Below, one piece after another: positions 11,590 through 22,556 of a DNA stretch of 36,118 bases. Every line of letters begins with the position of its first letter. Positions within the stretch are counted from its first letter, which is position 1. Made by a program: the position numbers and the translations under genes. The notes beneath the pieces were generated by a model, which was not told where the DNA came from, did no database searches, and worked only from the letters and a program-made list of their open reading frames with translations. The stretch is from contig NC_068990.1 of assembly GCF_001194135.2 (NCBI RefSeq), forward strand, positions 45,357,934-45,394,051, in the 5' to 3' direction. Source of the stretch: Octopus bimaculoides. Taxonomy: Eukaryota.

Positions 11590-11800
11590 CTTCTGATGTA
11601 ATATTTATGATAATGATTTCTGAGATTGGCACAAAGCCATACATCAGTGAAAAGGATATAACACCCCAGTATTTGTTAGCTAATATATTTTATCAGTTTT
11701 TACACTCCCCTCATTGAAAGCTGAAAAGCTAATGTCAGTGTGATTTGAACTTTGGATGTAAAGGACTGTAATTAAATGCTGCAGTATTAAGCTACTTTAC
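11590..11800 (-). repeat. Decayed (ATT)n-tailed SINE
   Basis: GATTGGCACAAAGCC...ACCCCAGTA...GATTTGAACTT. Confidence 0.5.
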
Positions 11801-11847
11801 ACTTGATCTTCACTAAATGCTTTTAATCGGTTTTTAATCTTCTTCAG

Positions 11848-11975
11848 TCATATCTAGTCCAACACAAGACAGTTTGTGTGGATGTTGATTCCAGAGGTGT
11901 TGGATGCAAAGAGAAGATGATGACAGTTTTGTATGAAGGGCCATGTCTGAAAGACAGTTTGAATATAACACCAAG
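11848..11975 (+). CDS. RWDD3: RWDD3 coding exon
   Basis: TCTTCTTCAG acceptor, GTAAAA donor, phase 0/2. SYLVQHKTVCVDVDSRGVGCKEKMMTVLYEGP matches the RWDD3 motif VDVDSSGKKCKEKM. Confidence 0.92.
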
Positions 11976-12044
11976 GTAAAATGTTTTATTTTACTGTAAA
12001 TATGATGTGTATATGTTTCAGTTTTGTAAATTCATAGTGGTCCG

Positions 12045-12485
12045 TAAATAGCACCATTTGAGCGTAATCGTTACCAGCGTCGCCTTCTAGCACTTGTGCT
12101 GGTGGCACGTTAGAAAATCATTCGAGCAAGGTCATTACCAGTGCCGCTGGACTGGCTCCCGTGCAGGTGGCACGTAAAAAACACCTTTTTGAGCGAGGCT
12201 GTTGCCAGTACTCTCGTGCCGGTTGCACATAAAAGCACCCACTACACTCTCAGAGTGGTTGGCGTTAGGAAGGGCATCCAGCTGTAGAAACTCTGCCAAA
12301 TCAGCGGGAGAGTCCATGATATATATATATATATGATATGCCTCTTTGGTTTCTGTCAACCAAATCCACTCACAAGGTTTTGGGGCTTTGGTTATCCTGG
12401 AGCTATAGTAGAAGACACTTCCCCTAGGTACCATGTAGTGTGAACCATGTGGTTGAAAAACCAACTTATTACTACACAGCCATGT
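12045..12485. mobile_element. RTE 3' UTR with tandem units (+, 12045-12315) joined to a SINE head (-, 12320-12485)
   Basis: Repeated GGTGGCACGT...AACACC units, then GAGTGGTTGGCGTTAGGAAGGGCATCCAG; followed by the reverse complement of the SINE head. Confidence 0.7.
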
Positions 12486-12771
12486 CTGAACATTCCATCA
12501 TAATTTTATGTGCAAACTTTCTTTACACCAAATACTGGCTTAATAAACCAATTAATAAAAATACTCGTTTATAAATCCCAAATATTGCAAACTAATGAAA
12601 TACTTATTTGAGAACGCCTGCACTGCTTATAATAAGTCATTTACTCTAGAAAATTATTAAATTGATTATTTCTGTGTGTTCACTTTTTTCTTTTAATGTT
12701 AAAGTCATAAATGACAAATTTGGTATATAGAAAAGTTTACCTTTAAAAATGCATTTATTTTGTTATTTCAG

Positions 12772-12889
12772 TGGCTTGCAAATACAAGAATGTTCTAGCT
12801 TGGATGAAGTTAAGGATATTTTCACAAATGCCAGTTCACAACATCTATTTGTAAATTATGTTTCTAAATTAAAGAGTATACATCATTGA
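12772..12889 (+). CDS. RWDD3: RWDD3 last coding exon, stop TGA at 12887-12889
   Basis: TTGTTATTTCAG acceptor in phase 2. GLQIQECSSLDEVKDIFTNASSQHLFVNYVSKLKSIHH* aligns by eye with the RWDD3 C-terminus ([24 protein letters not shown]). Confidence 0.85.
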
Positions 12890-12982
12890 ACATGTAAGTT
12901 TTGAATTTTTTTGTGTTAGTGTACATGCTGGGTGAAAAGTAAAAAAAGAAAAAAAGTTGTATAAGCTGAAGGGGAAGGGATA

Positions 12983-13376
12983 TATAGGAAAGTGGTTATA
13001 CACCATTAGGTGTACACCTGCTTTCCTATATTAAATTCAGAATAAACGGAACGCAGAACTCCGAACTATCAACGCAATATTTATTTATGTAGGAAAATAG
13101 GCAGCCTTAAATTGTCTGGTTGCTGAGACGCCTTCTGNNNNNNNNNNATGTAGGAAAATAGGCAGCCTTAAATTGTCTGGTTGCTGAGACGCCTTCTGTG
13201 AGAGAGCATGGTTGCTGAGACGTTGGAATGTTGATGTGAGCTGTCCCCAGAGTTGAATGATGGAGACAGGCTGCTTGTACGTCTGAGCTCATGGCCGGCC
13301 GAGAAAGAGAATGAAAAAAGCGTGAACGTTTAGATGTTGAATTCCACGCATGCGCATGAGATAGGGCGTTACTACA
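12983..13376 (-). mobile_element. Probable solo LTR (Gypsy-like), true length ~330 bp after removing the gap duplication
   Basis: GATA on both sides (12979-12982, 13377-13380). Minus-strand ends TGTAG...CTATA, one change from TGTAG...CTACA. Minus-strand AATAAA at 13080-13085. CpG-rich relative to the flanks. Confidence 0.55.
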
Positions 13377-14269
13377 GATATGTAATAGAAATAGGCCTTG
13401 GAAGACTTCATACATAATGCAGTTGGTTTAGGACTCTGCATATTGTGCTTCACATATGAGAAAACACGAGGTTACCATATTTTCTGGCATACAAATCAAT
13501 TTAGTATATAGTGTGAACATGTAGTGTAAACATTCAAACAGTGTTGCTATCTTTCCAAATCCTGCTGCATTTTAAATGGACTGTGGACCTATCTTTTTTG
13601 GTTGTAAATTTTGATCCCAAAAATTCAATTTGTATTCCAGGAAAGACTGTAAGGCACATTGAAAAATATATTGTGTTGTAGACCTGTCAAACCCATGTCA
13701 GCATAGAAAAATAGGCATACCGATGATGATGGTGGTGGTGGAGGTGGTAGCAGTGGCAGTGATGATGGTGGTAATGACATCAGCGATAATATTACAAAAC
13801 TCAATATGTTGATATTTTCTCAACAATCAGTCACACACTAATTAATCTTTAAATGTCCTTTACTGCTTAGATATGTTTTGGTCATGTCTAGCTTTAACTT
13901 AAATTGAATTCCAACATTGCGACTGGTTCTTGACAAGTATGACAAGAGGCTATTTTTACATAAATATTAGAATAAAAAGTGAACTTTTAGCTTCTAATAA
14001 GAGTTGTGCAGTCTGCAAGATTGTGTCTAGCTGAGAGACAAGACAATGGTAAACAGAACGAGAACAGACAAACAATAAATGGATAAACAAGCAATACAGA
14101 AGTGGACATATGAAAATGAATAAATGTAATTTAAGATGAAACCATTAGTGGATGGATGAGGGTCAAAAACAAAATAAACAAACACAATATAGCCTCGGGA
14201 GAAGATGAAGTATGAGTAATGCTATGAGGGAAATCCTAAAGGATTGGAAACAAAAGGGCAACATACAGT

Positions 14270-14735
14270 AAAACAGGCTGAAATTAGAGAAATTACAACT
14301 GGTTGCCAGCATGAAAAAGGAAGGAGAGTGACAAAAGTTCTTAATCTCAGAGTGAAAGGCATATTGTGTGATGCTTGTGTACAAATTATGTAGATACTAG
14401 AAAAGAAAGAACCTAGTATGTTCTGTTGGATGTTCATATAATGACAAAGTCCTAATGTATTGAGAGAAAAATTAGGTATAAGATGAATAAGATGTAGTTC
14501 GCAAGAAAGAAGACTGCACTGATTTGGTCATTTGATGCATATGAATGAAGACAGCTGCATGAAGAAGTACCGGTTGTTTAAAGTGGATGGTACTTGTGGA
14601 AGAGGGAAACTTAGGAAGACACAGGACAAAGTATTGAAGGCTGCTCTCACTTTTCTGTACCTTATAAAGGAGATGACAAAGGACCAAGGTGATTGTCAAT
14701 TTGCTGTGCTTGGGAAGACCCATTCATCTCAGTAA
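14270..14735 (+). mobile_element. Decayed RTE ORF 3' end
   Basis: MMHMNEDSCMKKYRLFKVDGTCGRGKLRKT matches the RTE C-terminus (LHMDEDSCVRKC...TCGRGRPRKT). Confidence 0.75.
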
Positions 14736-14739
14736 AAAT

Positions 14740-15745
14740 AATACCCTAAAAGCGTTTTGTTTATGCTTGTCCATAGTGGACTCTGCATCTACACCTACTT
14801 CAGCCCATCAGTCATTCCCCACATCTTATCCCTTAAAATCCATCACTCCACTATCTATGGCACTACTTGGCTGCTGTAATCACATAAGAACAGGATTAGC
14901 ATATATTAAATCACATCCCTGACTGTTTCACAAGCTTTCTCTTACCTTACCCTGGAACCACTTCTATCCCTCATTCTCATTATCATCACTTCTCACACTA
15001 TTTTCACCAATCATCGCCTTTCTCTGCCTTCAGTTTATCTCTCTCCCTCTTCTGTCATACTTCATCTTAACATCTCTCATATGTCACAATTCTCAATGCT
15101 CTCTCATATAGTGAGTGGGGCATGCCCCACTCACTATAACACTCCCCACCATATATCGCTACATCTCTCTTCCTGTTACCTCTACACCTTGCATATCATA
15201 CTTTTACTTCCTGATCTATCCTTCTTCCTGAACCACTTCTATCTTTCTCACCTTACTGCCCATTTCCATATTGGCATTTCCCACCAATCACACCTCCACC
15301 CTTGTTTATCACTCATTACATTCACCCCTACCTCATCTCTAACCGTCTGCTACTCTCCTCTTAAACAGTGTTATGAAATTATCTCCCCCTGCTGCAATCC
15401 ACTGTTTACATCCTCTCTTATGTTCACCTTTTTGTACCTTGAGAGTTCGCTCTCACACCCCATCACTACCATTCTTTATCTTCTTCGCTACTACTCCCAT
15501 CCACCGTATAATACTGGGCAGCCATATATTTCCCCTAGAGCAAGACACTTGTGTTTGTCCATCCGTCATACTTCAGCCTCAACACCTTGCATAAAGTCTC
15601 ATGCCCCTCTCAAATACTCATCACACTTAATCTTGGGGCTTTTTGTATTCTTTTCCTGTTTTGCGAGTACTTGGCAATCTTAGGAGCTCACTGCAACCTT
15701 GTGGATCCCCAAATCCTGTCAAATGTCCAACTCATGTCAGCATGG
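14740..15745 (+). mobile_element. Pyrimidine-rich non-coding element ending in an RTE-like tail
   Basis: Ends TTGCGAGTACTTGGCAATC...CCTGTCAAATGTCCAACTCATGTCAGCATGG, like the reverse complement of 19620-20480. Confidence 0.4.
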
Positions 15746-18700
15746 TAGGAAAGACAAACAACAGCATAAGAGACACAGCTCACACCAAAGAAGAACCTAA
15801 AGGAAAAATAGTAATAGTGCTACCAATAAGGAAGGGACGACTGGCACCAGTGATTTAAGTGAGGAAGATCAGAAGATTTTAGATGAGTTGCAATAAGTAA
15901 TGAGTAAAGAAGCAAGAAAAAGATTGCCAGCATTAAAAGGCACCAACAGAAGGAAGCTGCTAGAAATGACTAGGAAAGTAGATTGTTATCAGTAGGATAG
16001 ATATTAAAAATATAGGGGGCACTAACTTACTGAACTATGCAGGAGGGTTAGTAGTCACCAGAAGATTAGATATTTCACAGGGAAAAATTTTAAAAGAACA
16101 AATGTGGAAAAGGAGACTGCAAAATAAAGTGAAGACTTTCAGACAAGATCTAAGTAGAATGGAAACCTGGAAACTGAACAAGTTAGGAAACAAGATGAAA
16201 ATCTTCCCTTGAGAAAAGATACTTAGTCAAAGAGAAAGGATTTGAGACAGTGATAGAAGTGTTGAAACATTGTATCATAGCAGTAGCAGGCAAGTCCTCC
16301 AGATATCTTAAAAGAATAGATCAGTATCAATAGAATAGATTATTTGAGACAGACCAGAGGAGATCTTATAACCAAATGAATAGTGAAGAATGAAGTACTG
16401 AAGTGCAGAAGAAGCTAGAAAGTTCTGGAGTAATATTTGGGATAAGCCAGTCAATCATAATGGAGATGCAGTATGGTTAAAGAAAGTGAGGGAAGAAATA
16501 GCGAGTGAGAAGCAGCCAAATCTAAGACTATATAGTGCATTTATAAGTAAAGTGATAAGAAAAATGCTGAATTGGAAGGGTCCAGAACCAGATTTAGTTC
16601 AAGGGTACTGGCTAAAGAAATTCAGTAGTTTACATGGGAGGCTGAGGAAACAACTTCAGGATTGCCTTAATGGAGGAATAATACCAGATTGGATGACTAG
16701 ATGGAGAACAGTACTCATTATGAAAGATAAGAGCAAGGGTAATACAGCTAACAACTGTAGACCAATCACTTGCTTACCATTATTGTGGAAGCTGTTTACA
16801 GGAATGCTTTCAGAAAGCATTTACGAGCACCTTGACAACTGGAATTTACTGCCAGAACAAAAAGGTTACAGGAAGAAGGCTAAAAAAACGCATAATCTAT
16901 TATTCATAAACAAAGCAGTTCTAAATGAAGTAAAAGCTAGAAAGAAAAATCTAACAATAGCATGGATAGATTATAGGAAATTCTATGACATGATCCAACA
17001 TGCATGGGTAAGTGAATGTCTGAGTATATTCAGTTTAGCAGACAACATAAGAGAATTAATTACCTTTAGCAGGAAGAAATAGAAAGTAGATCTCTACTCA
17101 GGTGACACACTCTTAGGAAAAGTTAATATCAAAAGAGGACTCATTAAACCCTTTAATATTTGTCTTATGTTTGGTGCCCCTCAGTTTAGTATTAAGGAAG
17201 GCAAAGGCAGAGCATCAGTTCAGAAATATTAATGGAAAAATTAACCATTTGCTCTACATGGATGATCTGAGGTTTTTTAGTAAGAATGAAAAGGAGATAG
17301 ATTCCTTAGTACAGACTGTAAGACTCTTCAGCAAAGATATAGGCATGGAATTTGGCATAGATAAGTGTGCAATATTAGTCATGAGAAGGGGACAGGTAGA
17401 ACATTGAAGGCATCCAATTACCAGATGGCCAGACATTAAAATCATTGAAAGGAGAGAGTTATAAGTGTCTAGGAGTATTAGAATCTGACCGAGTACTAAC
17501 TATTGAAATGAAAACGAAAATTGAAAAGGAGTTCATCAGAAGGATGAGGAAGTTAATGAAGTCAAAGCTAAATGGTCCAAATCTAGTGAAGACTAAATAC
17601 TTGGGCAGTATCATTACTTAGATACTCAGCAGCTTTTGTAGATTGGACAAAATCTGAATTAGCAAAGCTAGACAGAAGAACTAGGAAGGAATTCAAAATG
17701 AATGGAGGACTCCACCCAGGGGCAGGAGTAGCAAGATTATACTTACCTCGAAAGGAAGGCAGAAGAGGGTTAATATCAGTAGAAGACTGTGTGGTGTTAG
17801 CTGGAATAGATATAAACTCCTATGTAGGTAATAGTGAAGAAAGTTTATCAAAAGCTGCTAGAATCACAGCAAGACATAAGGAAACCAAAAACCCAAACGA
17901 AGTTAAAAACCAGAAAAAAGAACAAATTATCTGACTGGCAGGAGAAGGCGTTGGGTAGATTCCCAAAGATACTTGCAACAAATAGTAGTAGTGAGACATG
18001 GCTATGGTTGCAGAAAGGAAAACTGAAAAGGGAGACGGAAAGTTTGTTAGTAGCTGCACAAGATCATCAAGCATTAAGAACTAATTGGATAAAAACCAAG
18101 ATAGACAAAAACCAAGTAGATTCCCAATGTAGGTTATGCAAATCAAAAGAGGAAAGCGTTACTCATATAGTAAGTTAATGTAGCATGCTGGCACAGAAAG
18201 AATACAAGAAAAGACATGACAACCTAGGGAAAGTAATCCACTGGGAGCTATGTAGAAAGCTAGAATTTGAACATACTGATAAATGGTATGAACATGAACC
18301 TAGTAAAGTACTAGAAAGTAAGAAATACAAGATGTTGTGGGACTTTAACATTCAGACTGACACAGTAATAGAAGTTAGAAGGCCTGATTTAGTAGATAAA
18401 GAGAAGAGAAAGTGCCAGATAATTGACTTTACAGTCCCAAATGATAAAAAAATCAATATGGGAGGTATAGAAAAAATAGCAAAGTACTAGGACCTAGCCA
18501 TTGAATTACAGAGACTATGAAAAGTGTGGGTGAAATGTATCCCAGTAATTATAAGTGCATTGAGAACTATCCCTAAAGATTTGAACAGATGGATAGAGGA
18601 AATAGGCATAAAACCCAGTCTAGTACAGCTCCAGAAAACAGTGTTATCAGGGACAGCTAGGATACTTAAGAGGGTTCTTGGCATCTGAAGTTACTTGTTG

Positions 18701-18770
18701 TAGTCTGATGTTAGGATTTTATCTTTTTCAATAGTCTAATCTGTTGTGTGTATATGAAAAATAATAATAA
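15746..18770 (+). mobile_element. R4/Dong-clade non-LTR retrotransposon (RT + CCHC + restriction-like endonuclease), 5'-truncated pseudogene
   Basis: RPITCLPLLWKLFTG, AWIDYRKFYD, LLYMDDL, CRLCKSKEESVTHIVS-C, RHDNLGKVIHWELC, LWDFNIQTD...RRPD, KY.DLAIEL...QKTVL.GTARIL. Ends in (TAA)n at ~18760-18770. Many stops and frameshifts. Confidence 0.9.
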
Positions 18771-19064
18771 AGGGTTACTGTGTGTGATAAGTTTACTGAT
18801 TGGCTTTTCAGTTGGTGCTGTCATCATGTCTTTTCATTTCTGTAGTCCTTACCACTGCAGTTATTTCTGATGAAATCTGTATCCCAAAGTGATAAGCACT
18901 GGCATAGCTGTGTAGTTATTAAGCTTACTTCCTAACCATGTAGTATCTTGGGCAAGTGTCTTCTGATACAGACCTGAACCGACAAAACATTCTGATGCAA
19001 TTCCAAGCAGCAGCAGTAATACTAGTAGTAGTAGTTGGTTGTAGTTGTGGCAGTATCCTACTCC

Positions 19065-19300
19065 TCCTCCTCGAACAAGAGATCTCTATCTGTCTCAATT
19101 TTTGGCACTAGATTGCAGTTACATCCCAATGTAGCCACCTGCTAGTGCTTTAGTTTCTGCAGACCTTCTCCATGTTGTTTTGGTCTGCCATGCTTCCGTC
19201 TCCCTTAGGGTATCCATTGGATGGCTCACATTGCAATGTTGAAAACAGGCTTCCATAGCGTGCTGACACCATTTCCTCCTTGACCTAAATTTCTATAGGT
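19065..19300 (-). mobile_element. 3' end of a second, BovB-like RTE lineage
   Basis: Minus strand GGGAGACGGAAGCATGGCAGACCAAAACAACATGGAGAAGG translates GRRKHGRPKTTWRR; short (GAG)n tail. Confidence 0.6.
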
Positions 19301-19619
19301 TACTGGTTCACTTGTTCCCATAGAGCTTTGTGAGTCTGTCTTGCCTGTCCAACTTCACTCACAGTACTTAAGTTAATGTGAGGCTGTAGAAAACAACACT
19401 TGCTCAAGATGTCAGACAGCAGTAGGACTGAATCTGACTCTTGTGATTGTGAAGTGATCTTAACCATTCACTCATGCTATGTCTGAAATTATTGTGAAGA
19501 TAGTTGTCATAGATTTGGTGAGTCAACCCACGCTATTTTGAGCTTGTTGTCGTCGTCATTGTTATCACCGTTGTCACTGTTGTCATTAGAGGAGGTAGTG
19601 ATCATAGCATTGTTGGTGG

Positions 19620-20480
19620 TACCAGCAATGTCATCAGTGTTGCTGTTGGTGTTTAATGTTCTTTTTTCCATGCTGGCATGTGTTAGATCAGTGTTTCTCA
19701 ACTATTTTTTACCTATGGATCCCTTTGCTATCTATTTTACTCAAATAGACACTCCTAGTCATTCGATGTTTAAATAATAATATTTTTTATAATTAAATAT
19801 TATCAGGAATTATGAAAAAAATATTAAAACATTTTGTGTATTGTAGATGTATAACCAATTTACTGCGCATAAACTTTAGCAACAAAATCTTATATGGACC
19901 CCTCCTCCCAAGGGTCATATGTATCCTGATTGCAAACCACTGTGTTAGATGGTTTGACAGGAACCAATGAGTCAGAGGGCTGCACTGAGCTCCTATGTTT
20001 GCTTTGACATGGTTTCTACAGCTGGTTGCCCTTCCTAACATCAACCACTTTACAGAGTGTACTGAGTATTTTTTTTTTTTTGTGATACCAGAACTGATGT
20101 CACTAGGTACTTGCAAGACAAAACCCCATCAACTAATAAGGGTATAATATTGAAGGATGTAAAAATATGGCAGAGGGACAGGATCAGGTGTCTTGCTGAA
20201 GAGGTGTACATGGTTTCCCCAGCTGGAAAGAGAGAGAGATGTGAGGTCAAAGTACAAAGTGAATATGAGAGAATAATATAGGGTGTGAAAATAGTGTGGA
20301 AGATTATTAGAAAAAGGGACTGAGGTGGATGCAGCGAATATCAGTTTGAGGGAAGGGAAGTAAAGGAAATAGGAGTGGGTGAGGGAGTAGGAGGAAGTGA
20401 TAAGGCACATAGTACCATTCACACCACAGTCATATGTTATGCTTGTGCTCTGACTTTCATGTGAATTAATGTTGCACAAA
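19620..20480 (-). mobile_element. RTE-tailed non-autonomous element, interrupted by a hAT MITE
   Basis: TTTTTCCATGCTGGCATG|MITE|GGTTTGACAGG...TTTCTACAGCTGGTTGCCCTTCCTAACATCAACCAC, then a purine-rich body. Confidence 0.6.
19689..19942. mobile_element. hAT (Charlie-like) MITE, 254 bp
   Basis: Perfect 8-bp TSD TGTTAGAT (19681-19688, 19943-19950); termini CAGTGTTTCTCAAC...GATTGCAAACCACTG. Confidence 0.9.
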
Positions 20481-21098
20481 AGCACATTTCCTCATACCCT
20501 TATCTTGAACTCATGTTCAAAGCTCAAGTATGTTTGCCTGCTCAAAGGGATCTTTTTCCTTAACATCACCAAAGAGATGAAATGTTTTTTTTTTTTTTTA
20601 TCTAATTTTGCAATACTAACATACACATTTTTATGAGTAAGACATTTTATATAACTGGCAAAAAAGTTATATTTTCTTTGCAATTGTCACAATACCTTGT
20701 AATATCTGAGGTGAGCAAAAAGCACTCAAGTGTATCTCAGATAATTTCACTTTTTACACTGTTCTCCCAATATCATCATTATCATCTTTGTCATTGTTAC
20801 TACTGCCACTTCTGCTACCACCACCATAGAGCTTTTACATTCAGTTCTTAAATCTGACTAAATAAAGGAATGATATGCATCTGTTGTTTCTGACACCGTA
20901 GCTAGCTAGAACTAATTTAAATCACCTTAGATGCTCCTTACACTTATGTAAGATAGTTCTCTCTTCCGGGTTGTATGTTGCTCAAAGATATAACTTAATG
21001 AATGGGTTTTGTAAAGTTTGAACTGCTGACCATGTTGTCAGTTGTCTAGCACTTTTAACCTTATATCTATTGTTGTTACACAAATTAAAAAATATTAA

Positions 21099-21306
21099 TC
21101 CTTTAGCATTTGAATTACTGTTAAATGAAATACATATTTATTCATTGTTTTGAATTAACTATGCCATATCTCATAACTTAGCCTTGAAATTTCAATGATG
21201 GGATCGTTTTAGAATTATATTATAGAGTATGTGTGAGAGGCTGGATCTGACTGGTTTGAACATAAAACAGAAAGAATTGGATGCAGTCAGCTTAAATGCT
21301 AGAGGG
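21099..21306. mobile_element. piggyBac-type MITE (208 bp)
   Basis: TTAA at 21095-21098 and 21307-21310; TIR TCCTTTAGCATTTGAA vs CCCTCTAGCATTTAAG. Confidence 0.75.
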
Positions 21307-22360
21307 TTAAGCACTTTTTACAAAGTTAGAGTTGTAAATAGTCTTTTATGAATAAGCATTCACAGATGATGTGACTTGACAAAATTTAATGACAGATTTA
21401 AGAGACTTGTACTACCCATAAAAGTTATACTATGAATATTTTTGATATTGCATATATTTAGCAGTTTGAAATTGTAGATCCTTTAGTTTTCTCATTTCTA
21501 TAATCAATACAATTTGATTTTAGATAAATTGTGCAGATAAACTGTGTAAGTGTTTATAAACAGGTATGTCTGTATAGATTCAAACACACATATGCACATA
21601 CACATTTAAACATACATTAATATATGTATTTTTTGTATGTTTGTATGAGAATAAGAGTTAATTTGTGATCATGTGTTAAAATATTTACTGTTGCATTTCA
21701 GTAGTCAAATTTCCATCTATTAATTAAATAATCATACTATTGATCTTACTATTAATTATTTACTTCAATGATTTTTTTTTAAAGTAACCTTATTAGTCTA
21801 TTATCTCTATTCTACCCTGTGAATTGTGATAGTTTGATAAATATTTTAAAATTATTTGTGATTATACTTGAAATGTATTTGATTTATTGATAATTATTAT
21901 TTCTAATTATCATGAATTTTGCTTGTAAAAATATATTAGAAACATTTGGTTAGCTATTTTAAAAATTCACTATATATATATTTTTTTGTAAAATATATCG
22001 TTTGTAATATGATACACGAAAACTATCATGTGTACTATCATGTATTTCGATATTTTTACGAGTTGCCATCAACACATTTCTTCTCATCGTCTTTCCTTCT
22101 TGTACTCTAAACTAATTTCTGATATTTTCTCCCATAAAATTTGGAAAATAGGAGGTGTTTTTCCACCACAAATTGATCAATAGTAGATAACAAGCAAGGA
22201 AAGAAATTTTCGTTCAGACGCTCTCACAGACATGCAAAAAGCAAAGGCAGTTAAGTTAGTCAGTGCATTGTGAATGATGTCCCTTGTAAAACTGTTCTAC
22301 GAGAGCGGCCAAACTGAAGTATTTCTATGAATCAGAAATGGTTGGCTAGTTCAACCAAGC

Positions 22361-22556
22361 ATGAATCCCATGCAGGTTTTACTCCATCCGGTCTTTGACC
22401 AACTTGGAGATGTTGAAGACAGTGATTTACATAAAGCAGCACGAGATGGTAACTTGGATCAGATGCGATCCCTTCTCTCAGCTCCACACTGTACTCCGTT
22501 TGATATCAACCTGAAGAACTGCATGGGACAAACACCCCTGGCACAAGCAGCTGCTG
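22361..22556 (+). CDS. Ankyrin-repeat protein, ASB1/ASB12-like, first coding exon
   Basis: ATG at 22361 with an in-frame upstream stop. DSDLHKAARDGNLDQMRSLL...DINLKNCMGQTPLAQAAA gives ankyrin LHxAA and TPL motifs. Phase-1 donor G|GTACCA at 22557; the translation loses ankyrin character beyond it. Confidence 0.8.

Noticed and set aside
13087-13198. 51-bp direct repeat (13087-13137 and 13148-13198)
   Set aside because: The identical copies sit exactly on either side of a 10-N gap; most likely an unmerged contig overlap, not a biological duplication.
15129-15138. ACTCACTATA match to the T7 promoter (vector contamination)
   Set aside because: Only 10 nt match, the upstream TAATACG is absent, and the flanks are genomic repeat sequence.
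15081-15683. 200-aa ORF as a gene
   Set aside because: Low-complexity S/H/L/P translation of a pyrimidine-rich repeat body; no domain or splice support.
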